A stretch of DNA of 64,000 bases. Source: Meyerozyma guilliermondii (taxonomy: Eukaryota). Shown in pieces: positions 1-9,916 of this stretch (positions are counted from its first letter, which is position 1; every line of letters begins with the position of its first letter). Both the position numbers and the translations under genes were made by a program. The stretch is from assembly GCA_051546255.1 (NCBI GenBank), contig CP128821.1, positions 496,001 to 560,000 on the forward strand, given 5' to 3'. Below the pieces are notes generated by a model, which saw nothing but the letters and a program-made list of their open reading frames with translations, was not told the DNA's origin and searched no databases.

Positions 1-602
1 AGGATTGGGATGCGGCCATGTTGAATCGTCCGTCTGCCTCGTATTATCCCGTCAAGGTGACATCTTATTCGGATGTGGCTCAAAGAGTAGAAGTGCAACT
101 CGATCACGTTGCCAAATCACGAGTTGTCTTGAACGAGATTTTGCAAAAACAATCGGCGCTTTCGTCCAAGCATGACTTAGACAACACCACACGCATACTA
201 AGAGCCAAAACGAAGCACGCCAAACTCCTGCGGAGACTCTTGCGATTGGCAACGATTTTAGCGGTGCTCAAACTCAAAGGATACCCACTTTTGCCTGAAG
301 AAGAGGAACTTTCAAAGCAGTTTGATTTGTTGAACGGAATGATTTCTGATCCCAACTCACCTTTGGGCAGGCTCAACGATATCTTTGCTCGCGTCACCAT
401 TCTCAAAGAACGATCCGAGGAACTCAACCGTCAATTCGACACCACTGTGAGGAGCATGAGCAGCAAAGACGAAGACGAAGTGAACAATGAAGAAATCATC
501 AAGAAGGTGTCGCAATTGTTGCTCAAGCAGCAAGTGGGCTTGAACCACTTGAACAAGGTCATAGCGGAAGATACAGAGAAAGTGGACAAGCTCAAGCAGT
601 AA
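1..602 (+). CDS. NUP57: Nucleoporin Nup57/Nup54 family, C-terminal part (5' end outside window)
   Basis: Frame is open from the window start (..DWDAAMLNRPS..YYPVKV). Coiled-coil Nup54-type region with 'GYPLLPEEEEL...L..P...GRLNDIFA' and C-terminal 'LLKQQVGLNHL.KVI.ED'. Confidence 0.8.
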   Translation, partial: DWDAAMLNRPSASYYPVKVTSYSDVAQRVEVQLDHVAKSRVVLNEILQKQSALSSKHDLDNTTRILRAKTKHAKLLRRLLRLATILAVLKLKGYPLLPEEEELSKQFDLLNGMISDPNSPLGRLNDIFARVTILKERSEELNRQFDTTVRSMSSKDEDEVNNEEIIKKVSQLLLKQQVGLNHLNKVIAEDTEKVDKLKQ

Positions 603-676
603 AAATGAAGCAGAAAATGAAGCAGGGAAAATCAAGCAACGATCATTCTTGACTTCTTCTTTCTTGACTTATATAC

Positions 677-1339
677 TTAGATCGTTAATTGACGCACGGC
701 ATCTGAACCCACGTCAATTGCAAATTGTAGTTTATGAAACTTTTCAAAGTTGTGTCTTATGCTTTCTTTGAAAGTTTCACAGGTTTTTGGGTCGATTTTT
801 TTTTCTCCGGCTGATATAATGCAAAATGGTTGTTCAACGGACGAATCCGAGACGGAAAAATTGTTGAATTGCGACTGGTTTCGTATTAATTGATACTTGT
901 ATGGAAGGGCTTCGGCACCTTTCAAGTAACCAGCAAGATTCTGGATGTAACTATGTCGAGGAATGGCACATATAGAATGTAATTTGTTGCAAATTTGCAG
1001 TTGTTGAAACTGAAGAACCTCGGTATATTGCGAGTCTGTAGAAGGCACACTTACAAACTCTTCTGGCAAGAATACTTTATTTATATCATCGTAAGGATTT
1101 AAGTGGGTAACACCGCTACTGAAAATCACCTTTAATTGAGTTCCGTATGGGTTTCCCATCGAACCTTTTGAGAAACGAAAGTACTCAATTGGAGCGACTT
1201 TTTGAAGATTATCGTAGATGAACTTGACCTCATGCTCATTCACTGGACAGGGATGGGCTGACACTCGCGCTGCTATATGGTAGTGGAAGTAGTTGTTGGC
1301 ATATTTTCTGAGAGACGCTTCTGCTGCATGGAACCTCAT
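677..1339 (-). CDS. Hypothetical protein, 220 aa
   Basis: ATG-started 220-aa ORF fills the gap between NUP57 and PRP16. No motif recognised. Confidence 0.65.
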   Translation of the reverse strand: MRFHAAEASLRKYANNYFHYHIAARVSAHPCPVNEHEVKFIYDNLQKVAPIEYFRFSKGSMGNPYGTQLKVIFSSGVTHLNPYDDINKVFLPEEFVSVPSTDSQYTEVLQFQQLQICNKLHSICAIPRHSYIQNLAGYLKGAEALPYKYQLIRNQSQFNNFSVSDSSVEQPFCIISAGEKKIDPKTCETFKESIRHNFEKFHKLQFAIDVGSDAVRQLTI

Positions 1340-1396
1340 TTAATGTGCGTTTAAGCTCATCTCGCGCGCAAACAGTGCATAACATCTGCAGTCGCG

Positions 1397-4300
1397 ATGC
1401 AACATTCGATGCAACATTCTTCGATGCTTTTACCCCAGATTCACGAGCGACTAAAGCACGGCCTCAACCGGCCCATTAACGACACATTCACAAAGACCTT
1501 GGTCCGCAAGTACTTTGACAACAACAAAAAGGAAGATTTTTTGGTCTATGCCAAGGCCTTGGGAGTCCCCGACTCGTTGGCTCTCGATACCTATTCAATG
1601 ATAAATGAAAACGCCAGCTCTTTGGATGAGGAATTGAGCCACGAGCCAAAGGTGAAGAGCCACAAGAAGACAAAAAACAAGCTTGATTTGGGATTGGAAC
1701 AATCTGATGAACAAGTACTGGTTCCTCTTAAGCGCGAGAATCAACTATTGGATCTTTTGGAAGAAGAACAAAAACCAAAAAACCAAAGCATGAAATTCAA
1801 AAAAATCAAGAAACAAGACGCAATTCGATTGCGTGGATCGCCAAAAGAGCTTCCTGGCTTACAAGAAACCGAAAGCACCAAAAATCTGAATGGCCCAGTC
1901 AATCGCAAACCACAAACGATAGCAGAAATGGCAGCTTTGGAAAGTAATACCCAACCACAAGAACCAGAAACCAACCTGAAGGACTACGAGCTGTCTGACG
2001 ATGACATTGACAAGGTGGGTCAAGACAGAGATTGGTATATGACAGATGAGATGGGCCATGCCATGGACTACGATTATTCTAATTTCAACCAAGAACCTAT
2101 CAAACCCACGCCTAGACGTAAGATGAACGCTACTGGTGGTCATTTCGACTCACGAACGGGAGATTATATTGACTATGACCACGATAACCAAAATTTGCAC
2201 AGAGTTCCCATCACCACTCACCATTTTGTTCCTCCATTTTTACAAAGCCTTGAGAGGTATTTGCAGCCCAATTTGGTAGAGAAAGTCAAGGAAAAGGGCA
2301 CGATCAATCCTATCAAAAACCCAAACTCAGAATTGGCCATTTCTGCCAAACGAGGAAGTTTCGTTGTCAACGAAAGACGAAGCAAAAATGAACGTGCGAA
2401 ACAAGCAAAAGATTCAAGCAGTTTACAAGGCACAGCTCTAGGAAATGTTCTACAAATCAAAGAGGAGAAAGAAGTTTCAGCCACCACATCTGGTGCTGAA
2501 GAAAAAGTGGACAAAGAATTGATTCAAAAGCAAAGAAAGTCACTACCTGCATTTGCAGTGAGGCATGAACTACTTCGTACAATTGCCGAAAATCAAGTAA
2601 CAGTGGTTATTGGAGAAACTGGATCTGGTAAGACGACTCAATTGACTCAATTCCTTCTTGAAGATGGGTTTGGGAGCAATTTGGCAAAAAATGGAGAGCG
2701 ACTAATGATAGGGTGTACTCAGCCAAGAAGAGTGGCCGCCATGTCGGTTGCAAAAAGAGTAAGTGAAGAATATGGGTGCAAGCTAGGAGAAGAGGTTGGA
2801 TATTCCATTCGATTTGAAGACGTCACAACCAAAGAAAAGACCATTATCAAGTATATGACAGAAGGTGTTTTGCTTCGAGAAATCTTGATGGATGCGAATC
2901 TTGAACATTATTCTTGTATCATTATGGATGAAGCTCACGAACGGTCTCTTAGTACAGATGTGTTATTGGGGCTCTTTCGAAACTTGATAAGGCGCAGAAA
3001 AGACCTAAAACTCATCATCACCAGTGCAACCATGAATGCCGAGCGGTTCATGAATTTTTTTGGCGATGTTCCTCAGTTCACCATTCCAGGCAGAACTTTT
3101 CCAGTAGATACCTTGTTCAGCAAATCCACCTGCTCGGACTATGTTGATGCTGCCGTGAAGCAGGTGATGACAATTCACCTTCAAAATTACAGCAAATACA
3201 AAAGAAACGACGGTGATATTTTGGTGTTCATGACCGGTCAAGAAGACATTGAAATGACGTGCGAGCTCGTTCGGGAAAAGCTAGCTCTTCTAGATGATCC
3301 TCCACCTCTCGATGTGTACCCCATATACTCGACGATGCCTGCGGATTTGCAAAGAAAAATATTCGACAAACCTTCGGAAACAAGACGAAAAGTGGTGGTC
3401 GCAACCAACATTGCCGAGACGTCGCTCACAGTCGATGGCATTAAATATGTGGTGGACACGGGATTGGTCAAGTTGAAGGTTTACAATCCAAAACTTGGAA
3501 TGGACACTCTTCAAGTGGTACCCATATCTCTTGCCAATGCCCAGCAAAGAAGCGGAAGAGCTGGTAGAACTGGGCCTGGTTTGGCGTATCGTCTTTATAC
3601 AGAAAGAGCCATTGGGGAAGATCTGATGTACATCCAGCCAATTCCAGAGATACAGAGAACAAATCTCACCAATGTGATGCTTCTACTCAAGTCGTTGAAG
3701 GTTGAAGATGTCACCAAATTTCCATTCCTCGATTCTCCTCCAACAGACCTATTGAGTAACTCTTTATATGATCTCTGGATCATGGAGGCATTGGACAATT
3801 GTGGAAACCTAACGTCTCTAGGCCATAATATGATGGTTTTTCCCATTGAAGCCACCTTGTCGAAACTCATTTTTCTAAGTTGTCGTCCCCAATTTTCGTG
3901 TTCTTCGGAAATCGTTACCATAGTTTCGATGTTATCGGTTCCCTCCGTTTTCTTTAGACCCAAAGAACGAGCACAAGAAAGTGATGCTGCCAGAGAACGA
4001 TTTTTCGTTGCAGAATCTGACCACTTGACCCTCTTGAATGTGTACAACCAATATGAAACCCAGCGCTCGAAAGGCAGAAAAACTGCTGCTTGGTGCTCCA
4101 AGAACTTTCTTCACCACAAGTCGCTTTCAAGAGCCCGAGATATTCGCAACCAGCTTATCCTCATCATGAAGAAGAACAAACTACCAATCTTAAAATCCAC
4201 CAATAATGATACAATCAGAAAGTGTCTCTGTGCTGTGTACTTTCACCAGCTGGCAACGCTAGCTAAAACAGACTTTAACAAGGGCTCAGTGTATACCCAC

Positions 4301-4651
4301 TTGCGGCAAAGTTATATGAACATGCATTTGCACCCAACGTCGGCTCTTAATAGTGGAGCAGAAGCCATGGCAAGCCATGTGATTTACCATGAGTTGATCT
4401 TGACAACGAAGGAGTATATGAGCTGTGTTACCGTGGTGGACCCAGTGTGGTTATTAGAGTTTGGTGCCATTTTTTTCGATACCACTCCAGCTGTCAAGCA
4501 AAGAATTCAAGAGCAATATGGGGTAAGTTTGAGGAGCAAAGAACAGGTTATAAAAGAGCTCGAGCGGGACTCACAGGCTCTTCTGGTTGAGGAAGCTAAG
4601 GTGAAGAAGGAGTCTAAGCATTCGAGGTTGGGGAAGAAGAGGGCGTTCTAA
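1397..4651 (+). CDS. PRP16: Pre-mRNA splicing DEAH-box RNA helicase Prp16
   Basis: GETGSGKTTQ, TQPRRVAAMSVAKRV, DEAH, SAT and QRSGRAGR motifs, plus the Prp16-type N-terminal 'DRDWY'. The true start may be one of the nearby ATGs (1409/1424). Confidence 0.93.
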   Translation: MQHSMQHSSMLLPQIHERLKHGLNRPINDTFTKTLVRKYFDNNKKEDFLVYAKALGVPDSLALDTYSMINENASSLDEELSHEPKVKSHKKTKNKLDLGLEQSDEQVLVPLKRENQLLDLLEEEQKPKNQSMKFKKIKKQDAIRLRGSPKELPGLQETESTKNLNGPVNRKPQTIAEMAALESNTQPQEPETNLKDYELSDDDIDKVGQDRDWYMTDEMGHAMDYDYSNFNQEPIKPTPRRKMNATGGHFDSRTGDYIDYDHDNQNLHRVPITTHHFVPPFLQSLERYLQPNLVEKVKEKGTINPIKNPNSELAISAKRGSFVVNERRSKNERAKQAKDSSSLQGTALGNVLQIKEEKEVSATTSGAEEKVDKELIQKQRKSLPAFAVRHELLRTIAENQVTVVIGETGSGKTTQLTQFLLEDGFGSNLAKNGERLMIGCTQPRRVAAMSVAKRVSEEYGCKLGEEVGYSIRFEDVTTKEKTIIKYMTEGVLLREILMDANLEHYSCIIMDEAHERSLSTDVLLGLFRNLIRRRKDLKLIITSATMNAERFMNFFGDVPQFTIPGRTFPVDTLFSKSTCSDYVDAAVKQVMTIHLQNYSKYKRNDGDILVFMTGQEDIEMTCELVREKLALLDDPPPLDVYPIYSTMPADLQRKIFDKPSETRRKVVVATNIAETSLTVDGIKYVVDTGLVKLKVYNPKLGMDTLQVVPISLANAQQRSGRAGRTGPGLAYRLYTERAIGEDLMYIQPIPEIQRTNLTNVMLLLKSLKVEDVTKFPFLDSPPTDLLSNSLYDLWIMEALDNCGNLTSLGHNMMVFPIEATLSKLIFLSCRPQFSCSSEIVTIVSMLSVPSVFFRPKERAQESDAARERFFVAESDHLTLLNVYNQYETQRSKGRKTAAWCSKNFLHHKSLSRARDIRNQLILIMKKNKLPILKSTNNDTIRKCLCAVYFHQLATLAKTDFNKGSVYTHLRQSYMNMHLHPTSALNSGAEAMASHVIYHELILTTKEYMSCVTVVDPVWLLEFGAIFFDTTPAVKQRIQEQYGVSLRSKEQVIKELERDSQALLVEEAKVKKESKHSRLGKKRAF

Positions 4652-4889
4652 AGCTTGCGAGCGCAGCGAGAAAGCGGTATTGATTAAAAAGGCCGCGAAA
4701 AATGATCAGATTGATCTGTGAGTGTGCAGGAATCGAGCGCGGCTAACTCAGACAGTTGAGAGTGAGAACTTCGATCAATCGCTTAGATAAGGGTTCAGAC
4801 TTATAGGATAATGAATGAGAAGTCTACTTCAGACTAAGACAAGGAAGGCAAGAATGAGTAGTAAAAAGTAGTGAAGGAAAGTGTGAAGG

Positions 4890-5200
4890 AAAGTAGTTGA
4901 AATTCACTATAAAGTAGTTCAAATTCACTATTAAGTAGTTGAAGGTCATTATAAAGTAGTTGAAGGTCATTATAAAGTAGCTGAGACTTACTATAAAGTA
5001 TTTGAAGGTCATTATAAAGTAGTTGAGACTTACAATAAAGAAGTTGAAGGTAACCATAAAATACTTGAAGTCACTATAAAGTAGTTGAACGTCATTATAA
5101 AGTACTTGAACTCACTATAAAGTGGTTGAAATTCACTATAAAGCAGTTCATGATAACTATAAAGTAGTGAAATTCATTATAAATTGTTGAAGGTTGTTTT
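4890..5200. repeat. Degenerate 21-bp (some 20-bp) tandem minisatellite, ~15 copies, consensus AAAGTAGTTGAA(N3)CA(C/T)TAT
   Basis: Units read directly, e.g. aaagtagttgaaattcactat, aaagtagttcaaattcactat, taagtagttgaaggtcattat, aaagtagttgaaggtcattat, aaagtagctgagacttactat. Lies between the convergent PRP16 and PAN6 genes. Confidence 0.92.
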
Positions 5201-5269
5201 AAAGCAATTGAAGAAGAGTAGTTTGGTACATTGACTTCATCGCTTTGGAACTTCTTTTCTATATACATG

Positions 5270-6193
5270 CTAGAGCACAACATTATCTATGAGTCTCGCT
5301 TCTCCTCCGGACTCCCTGGGTACCCGTACGGCCGTGGAGAGAATACCTCCCAATTCCTGGTCCAACAGCGACACATCCTCCAAGGTTTCTGGATGACTGA
5401 GCGAAACGTATTCCACTGTAAAGTCACTGTTTGCCAAAGTTTGTCTCACTGCAGATATAATGGATTGGGCAGAAACAGGCCCTTCAGCTTTATGACTATC
5501 AAAGTAGTTTTTTCCTTCACAAAGTGCCTTGTATATTATAGCACTTTCATCTTTGGTTTTTTGCGACAAGTATTGGTTTCTTGAAGACATTGCCAAACCA
5601 TTATTTTCTCTAAAAGTCGGCAAAACTCGTACGTTCGTGTCTATGAGAAGGTCCCGGACCAAGTTTCGTATCACCACACACTGCTGGGCATCTTTTTGGC
5701 CAAAATAAATATTAGTAGGTTGTACAACATTGAGTAGTTTGGTAACTACGGTTGCAACTCCTCGGAAAAATTGTGGTCTTTGAGCTCCTTCAAGCTGCTC
5801 CGAACATCCTTGGACAGTGACAAATGCTCCTGACTGCTTTTCAACGTCCAATGGTACTCCGGCAGGGTACATTTCGGACACTTTCGGTACGAATATGGCA
5901 TCGACTCGACGTCCATCGACGTCCAATTTTTCTAGCATTTCCAAATCTGTGTCCAAAGTACGAGGGTATTTGTCGAGATCTTCATGTGGAGCAAATTGCG
6001 ATGGGTTGACAAATATAGACACCACGGTTCGGTCGTTTTCGGCAAGCGACTGTTGCACGAGCGAGCAGTGGCCAGCATGCAAAGCACCCATAGTGGGTAC
6101 AAATCCCACTTTTTCTTGTTTAAGCAAGCTCAGCATGCGCCACAGCCTCATCTGAGCTACATTGCGAAGTACTCGCACTGCAGAAACGGTCAT
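5270..6193 (-). CDS. PAN6: Pantoate-beta-alanine ligase (pantothenate synthetase)
   Basis: GFVPTMGALHAGH, SIFVNPSQF, YFGQKDAQQ, GLAMSSRN and RLIDN motifs. Likely start is ATG 6193 (MTVSAVRV); an upstream in-frame ATG lies at 6256. Confidence 0.95.
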   Translation of the reverse strand: MTVSAVRVLRNVAQMRLWRMLSLLKQEKVGFVPTMGALHAGHCSLVQQSLAENDRTVVSIFVNPSQFAPHEDLDKYPRTLDTDLEMLEKLDVDGRRVDAIFVPKVSEMYPAGVPLDVEKQSGAFVTVQGCSEQLEGAQRPQFFRGVATVVTKLLNVVQPTNIYFGQKDAQQCVVIRNLVRDLLIDTNVRVLPTFRENNGLAMSSRNQYLSQKTKDESAIIYKALCEGKNYFDSHKAEGPVSAQSIISAVRQTLANSDFTVEYVSLSHPETLEDVSLLDQELGGILSTAVRVPRESGGEARLIDNVVL

Positions 6194-6512
6194 GGAATCG
6201 TACAACGGTGGTTTGAAATTTTCTCCACATTTCGCGCGATGGGCCTCGGGGTGCATATTGACAGCTGCAAATGAGATACGGTTGCAGACAATTAAGCACG
6301 ATTACAAGAAAAGAATTCAATGGTCATAATTTCTTCTTTGAAATTTATGAATCTCATTTAAGTTTTTATAAACGTCATGGCATATGTAGAATTCCCGAAT
6401 AAACTAGTTCGGTAGCTCTAACTAATACGAGTATCTAAAAGAGATGATCTCGATTTGCGGTGTCAGTCAAACACACCTTATCCAGTTTTGGATTACTGGT
6501 CAGTTTCGTTTC

Positions 6513-7676
6513 TTAAAGCTTTCCGCGAACAGGTGCCTCGAATGTTGTACTTTCGGCAATTTGGCCGTCTAAAACCTTAGCGTATTGCGCCTCAAAAACC
6601 TTCTTTGGATCATGATTGTATTGCAAATCAGGAATGTAGTCCTTGTTTCTAATAACAGCGTCAACTCGTCCACTGATATGCTCAGCTATAGCACCGACTG
6701 TTTCGTCTGGAAGCTCACCGTTGACCAAGTGCTCACCTTTTTCAATATCATACGTTTTCCACAAATTACCAAGATTCTTTCTGATACTTGGTACACTTTC
6801 TGGCGGGTTCCATTTAGCAGCGGCTCCAACAATATGGGTCAGAGGGATTGGGATCTGTTGCAAAACTTTGTCAATTCCTTGCAAAGAGATCGCACTACTC
6901 ACATAAACGCTCACCTGAGACTCAACCGAGGTTTTGGTTTTGTACTTTGTTTCTCCACTTTCAGGGTCTATCACGGTATAGAGCTCATCGTCCATCAAGT
7001 CCTTTAGCACCGAAGGATGAAAGTTCATATAAAACGAAAATTTTTTGAAAAAAGTTTCATAGTCCTCCATGCTGTCAAAAGTGTCTAGGAGCATGGTGGC
7101 TATCTTTCTGAAAATTGCAGCATACTTGGTCTGGTATTTGGGGTCTGGATTGTAGTAGACTACCGGCTCAATTAACACCAAAGAATCGAATAATTGAGGC
7201 TCAAGAAACGAAGCGTAAGCCGCACCATAACCTCCAAAAGAATGGCCAATAACAATGTTTCGGGTACTTATACCGTTTTCAAGTGTCTGTGCCCACAACT
7301 TTTGTTCGTGCTTAACTACCAGAACAATATCACGGCCAAAGTCCGGCCAATGGTAACTCCACCCAAGCTTGCCTTGGTTGGCAATTGCCGAGTCTCCGTG
7401 GTTCACGGCATCTACAGAAACCACCGTAGCCAACTTCCATGTGCTGGACTTGGCACCAATCTCAAAAAGCTTGGTAATATGGTAATTCCAAAGAGATTTG
7501 TTCATGCCGGTACCATGAGCGAAAATCAAGTTGATGGCTATTTGGTTCTCTGGAATAGCGTAGTTGGCTGTGTACTTGTTATAACAAATCTTGAGTCTCT
7601 GACCAACAAGTAAACTTCCTCCAGGATGTCTTGGATAGGCGGCGTCTGTGACTTTCAATTCTTTTGTGAAAGACAT
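6513..7676 (-). CDS. LPX1: Peroxisomal alpha/beta-hydrolase (Lpx1-like lipase)
   Basis: FAHGTGMNK, DAVNHGDS, GHSFGG nucleophile elbow, GEHLVNGE, and a PTS1-like C-terminal -GKL. Confidence 0.75.
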   Translation of the reverse strand: MSFTKELKVTDAAYPRHPGGSLLVGQRLKICYNKYTANYAIPENQIAINLIFAHGTGMNKSLWNYHITKLFEIGAKSSTWKLATVVSVDAVNHGDSAIANQGKLGWSYHWPDFGRDIVLVVKHEQKLWAQTLENGISTRNIVIGHSFGGYGAAYASFLEPQLFDSLVLIEPVVYYNPDPKYQTKYAAIFRKIATMLLDTFDSMEDYETFFKKFSFYMNFHPSVLKDLMDDELYTVIDPESGETKYKTKTSVESQVSVYVSSAISLQGIDKVLQQIPIPLTHIVGAAAKWNPPESVPSIRKNLGNLWKTYDIEKGEHLVNGELPDETVGAIAEHISGRVDAVIRNKDYIPDLQYNHDPKKVFEAQYAKVLDGQIAESTTFEAPVRGKL

Positions 7677-8764
7677 TGTGGGGTAATGAAATTTTCAGAA
7701 ACCAATGGATGAGAGAAATCAGAAACAGGGTTCTATCTTGAAAAAGTCACTGAGTTCAATTCAAAACTTGATTGTAAGCTCGATCTAAAACTGAATTGAA
7801 ACTTAATCGAGAACTTGAATAGTAATTTGATTATTCGGAATTTAACCGAGCTTCACCGTGCCCCGCGGTGCCGTGGGGTGCACGTGAACCCCGCAATTCG
7901 GCTCTGTGCTAAAATAAGAATTGTAAGCGGCATGATGGTTGTACTCCTTAATTCACGATAGTATACTCTTAAAGAGTTTAATGATCATAAATGTCTTTTT
8001 TCAAGGAGTTGAGAAGTTTTTGGCCTTTTTTTGACTGTTAACTAATTGGATCACTGATTGTGATAGAGAGCCATACTTTGCTTTGATGAGCTTTTGTCTC
8101 GGAGGAAGACAAGTACGTAAGGCAATTCCACTATACTTATCGAATATTTCTTAGAAGATGAAGAATAGCAGTGAATTGACGTGCCGTCGTAAAAAGTATT
8201 GCCCTTTCATACAAGAACAAATTGGTGTGTAACCAAGCACTTTTTGTGTTTATATTTCAGACAGAAAAACAAGTTGTTCAGACTAGTTTATCCTCTGTTG
8301 TATATGAGCTCATTGAGCTCATGACACAACGCTTAGCTTAGTCAAGATATCTTGCTTATTGATCAATTGCCATTTATGATAGTGTAGTATTGTCTTGTCA
8401 ATTGAATCTTATAATGTAATTGATAGTACCCGATTAGAAGCTGGTTTTGTGATATACGCACCCTTTCATTCCAGTATTGTGACACTTCCTCAATTTGAAT
8501 AAGATTGCAAGAAACTAGCAATGGCTGCAAAATCGAATAAAGTGTGTCTCGATCCATCTCTGCAAGAGAAAAAAAAAACTGAAAAAGCTATCGTAGGTTG
8601 TTGTCTTCTATGGTAAAAAGCTCAGTACCCTTTGACGTAGTCTTTCAATAATAGACTAAACAAGTTTTGTTCTTGTAAGACATCATTCGAAGAAAAAGTG
8701 TTGCCGCACCTGCACACAGAGCACTGCACCTGGCTCGAACATTTTTTTCGCGATAAGATGGAAA

Positions 8765-8773
8765 GCTCATCGC
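8765..8773. promoter_or_regulatory. PAC element (GCTCATCGC = GCGATGAGC) upstream of SRP40
   Basis: Exact PAC motif just before the ATG of a ribosome-biogenesis gene. Confidence 0.65.
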
Positions 8774-8781
8774 ATTGCAAC

Positions 8782-9756
8782 ATGTCTCAGGAGCTCGTAT
8801 TGAGTGCCATTTCGGCGTACTTGAAGAACCAAGAAAACTTGCAGTCGTTGAGCAAGGCTTTTGATAAGGAAGTAAAGAAAGCAGGCTTGAAATTGCTCGA
8901 CCATGACGGCGACTTGAACGCATTATTGGCAGCAGCTGACGAAGGTTCATCGGTTGAATCAAGTGAGTCCAGTGACGATTCTGGGTCATCTGACGACTCT
9001 GGCTCAGAATCAGATTCCGACTCAGATTCGAGTTCCGACTCCGACTCCGACTCAAGTGATTCTTCTGATTCTGATTCTGACTCGAGTTCCGACTCAGACT
9101 CCAACTCTAGTTCTGATTCAGGCTCCGACTCTAGTTCTGACAGTTCTGATTCTGACTCCGACTCTAGCTCTGACAGTTCTGATTCTGACTCAGATTCTAG
9201 CTCGGACTCCGACTCCAGCTCCGACTCCAGCTCCGACTCAGACTCAGACTTAGACTCCGATTCCGACTCCGACTCTAGTTCAGACTCAAGCTCCAGTTCG
9301 AGTTCAAGCTCCAGTTCGGATTCTAGCTCAGACTCAGACTCGGATTCGAGTTCCAGTTCAGACTCAGACTCAGACTCCTCAGCCAACCCCCGCCAACCCA
9401 CAAAGCGCCCAGCAGACGACTCCCCCGCCTCCAACAAAAGAACCAAGACAGACTCGTCTCAAACAGAATCCATAGAATCTTCGGGCTCCGTTTCTCCAGT
9501 TCCAGAAGAGACTCTCAAACCAGGCCAACGCAAGCATTTTTCTCGTATAGACAGATCCAAAGTGTCGTTTGAAGACTCTACTCTTCAGGACAACACATAC
9601 AAGGGAGCAGCAGGAACATGGGGCGAAATGGCTAGTGAAAAGCTTCTCCAAGTTCGTGGAAAAGATTTCACCAAAAATAAGAACAAGATGAAAAGAGGTT
9701 CTTACCGCGGAGGGTCCATCACATTGAACTCCGGATCTTATAAATTCAAAGATTGA
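8782..9756 (+). CDS. SRP40: Nucleolar Ser/Asp-rich protein Srp40 (Nopp140 homolog)
   Basis: Long SD/SS low-complexity tract, then the SRP40_C domain 'WGEMASEKLLQVRGKDFTKNKNKMKRGSYRGGSI...SYKF'. Start set at ATG 8782 (MSQELVL). Confidence 0.93.
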   Translation: MSQELVLSAISAYLKNQENLQSLSKAFDKEVKKAGLKLLDHDGDLNALLAAADEGSSVESSESSDDSGSSDDSGSESDSDSDSSSDSDSDSSDSSDSDSDSSSDSDSNSSSDSGSDSSSDSSDSDSDSSSDSSDSDSDSSSDSDSSSDSSSDSDSDLDSDSDSDSSSDSSSSSSSSSSSDSSSDSDSDSSSSSDSDSDSSANPRQPTKRPADDSPASNKRTKTDSSQTESIESSGSVSPVPEETLKPGQRKHFSRIDRSKVSFEDSTLQDNTYKGAAGTWGEMASEKLLQVRGKDFTKNKNKMKRGSYRGGSITLNSGSYKFKD

Positions 9757-9916
9757 ACGTAGCGCATTAGCATAATAGAGTGTTTCTCGAAAACGTAGAA
9801 TTGGCCCTTAGGTATTTCTTGGCTGCAAATAGTCCTTGCACTGGGTGCAGGTCCGCGAATTCTCTTCTGCAGGACCTCCATCATAAATCTCCTCTGTTCG
9901 ATCTGACAAATCCATC

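Noticed and set aside
4709..4780. GATTGATC...GATCAATC inverted repeat after PRP16 as a possible snoRNA
   Set aside because: A single 8-bp stem with no convincing C/D or H/ACA boxes.
4890..5200. CRISPR-like appearance of the 21-bp array, and ORFs 4824-5057 / 5095-5283
   Set aside because: No unique spacers, eukaryotic context and no cas genes; unit-length indels break the reading frame.
8787..9446. 219-aa ES/EL-repeat antisense ORF
   Set aside because: Reverse complement of the Ser/Asp tract of SRP40.
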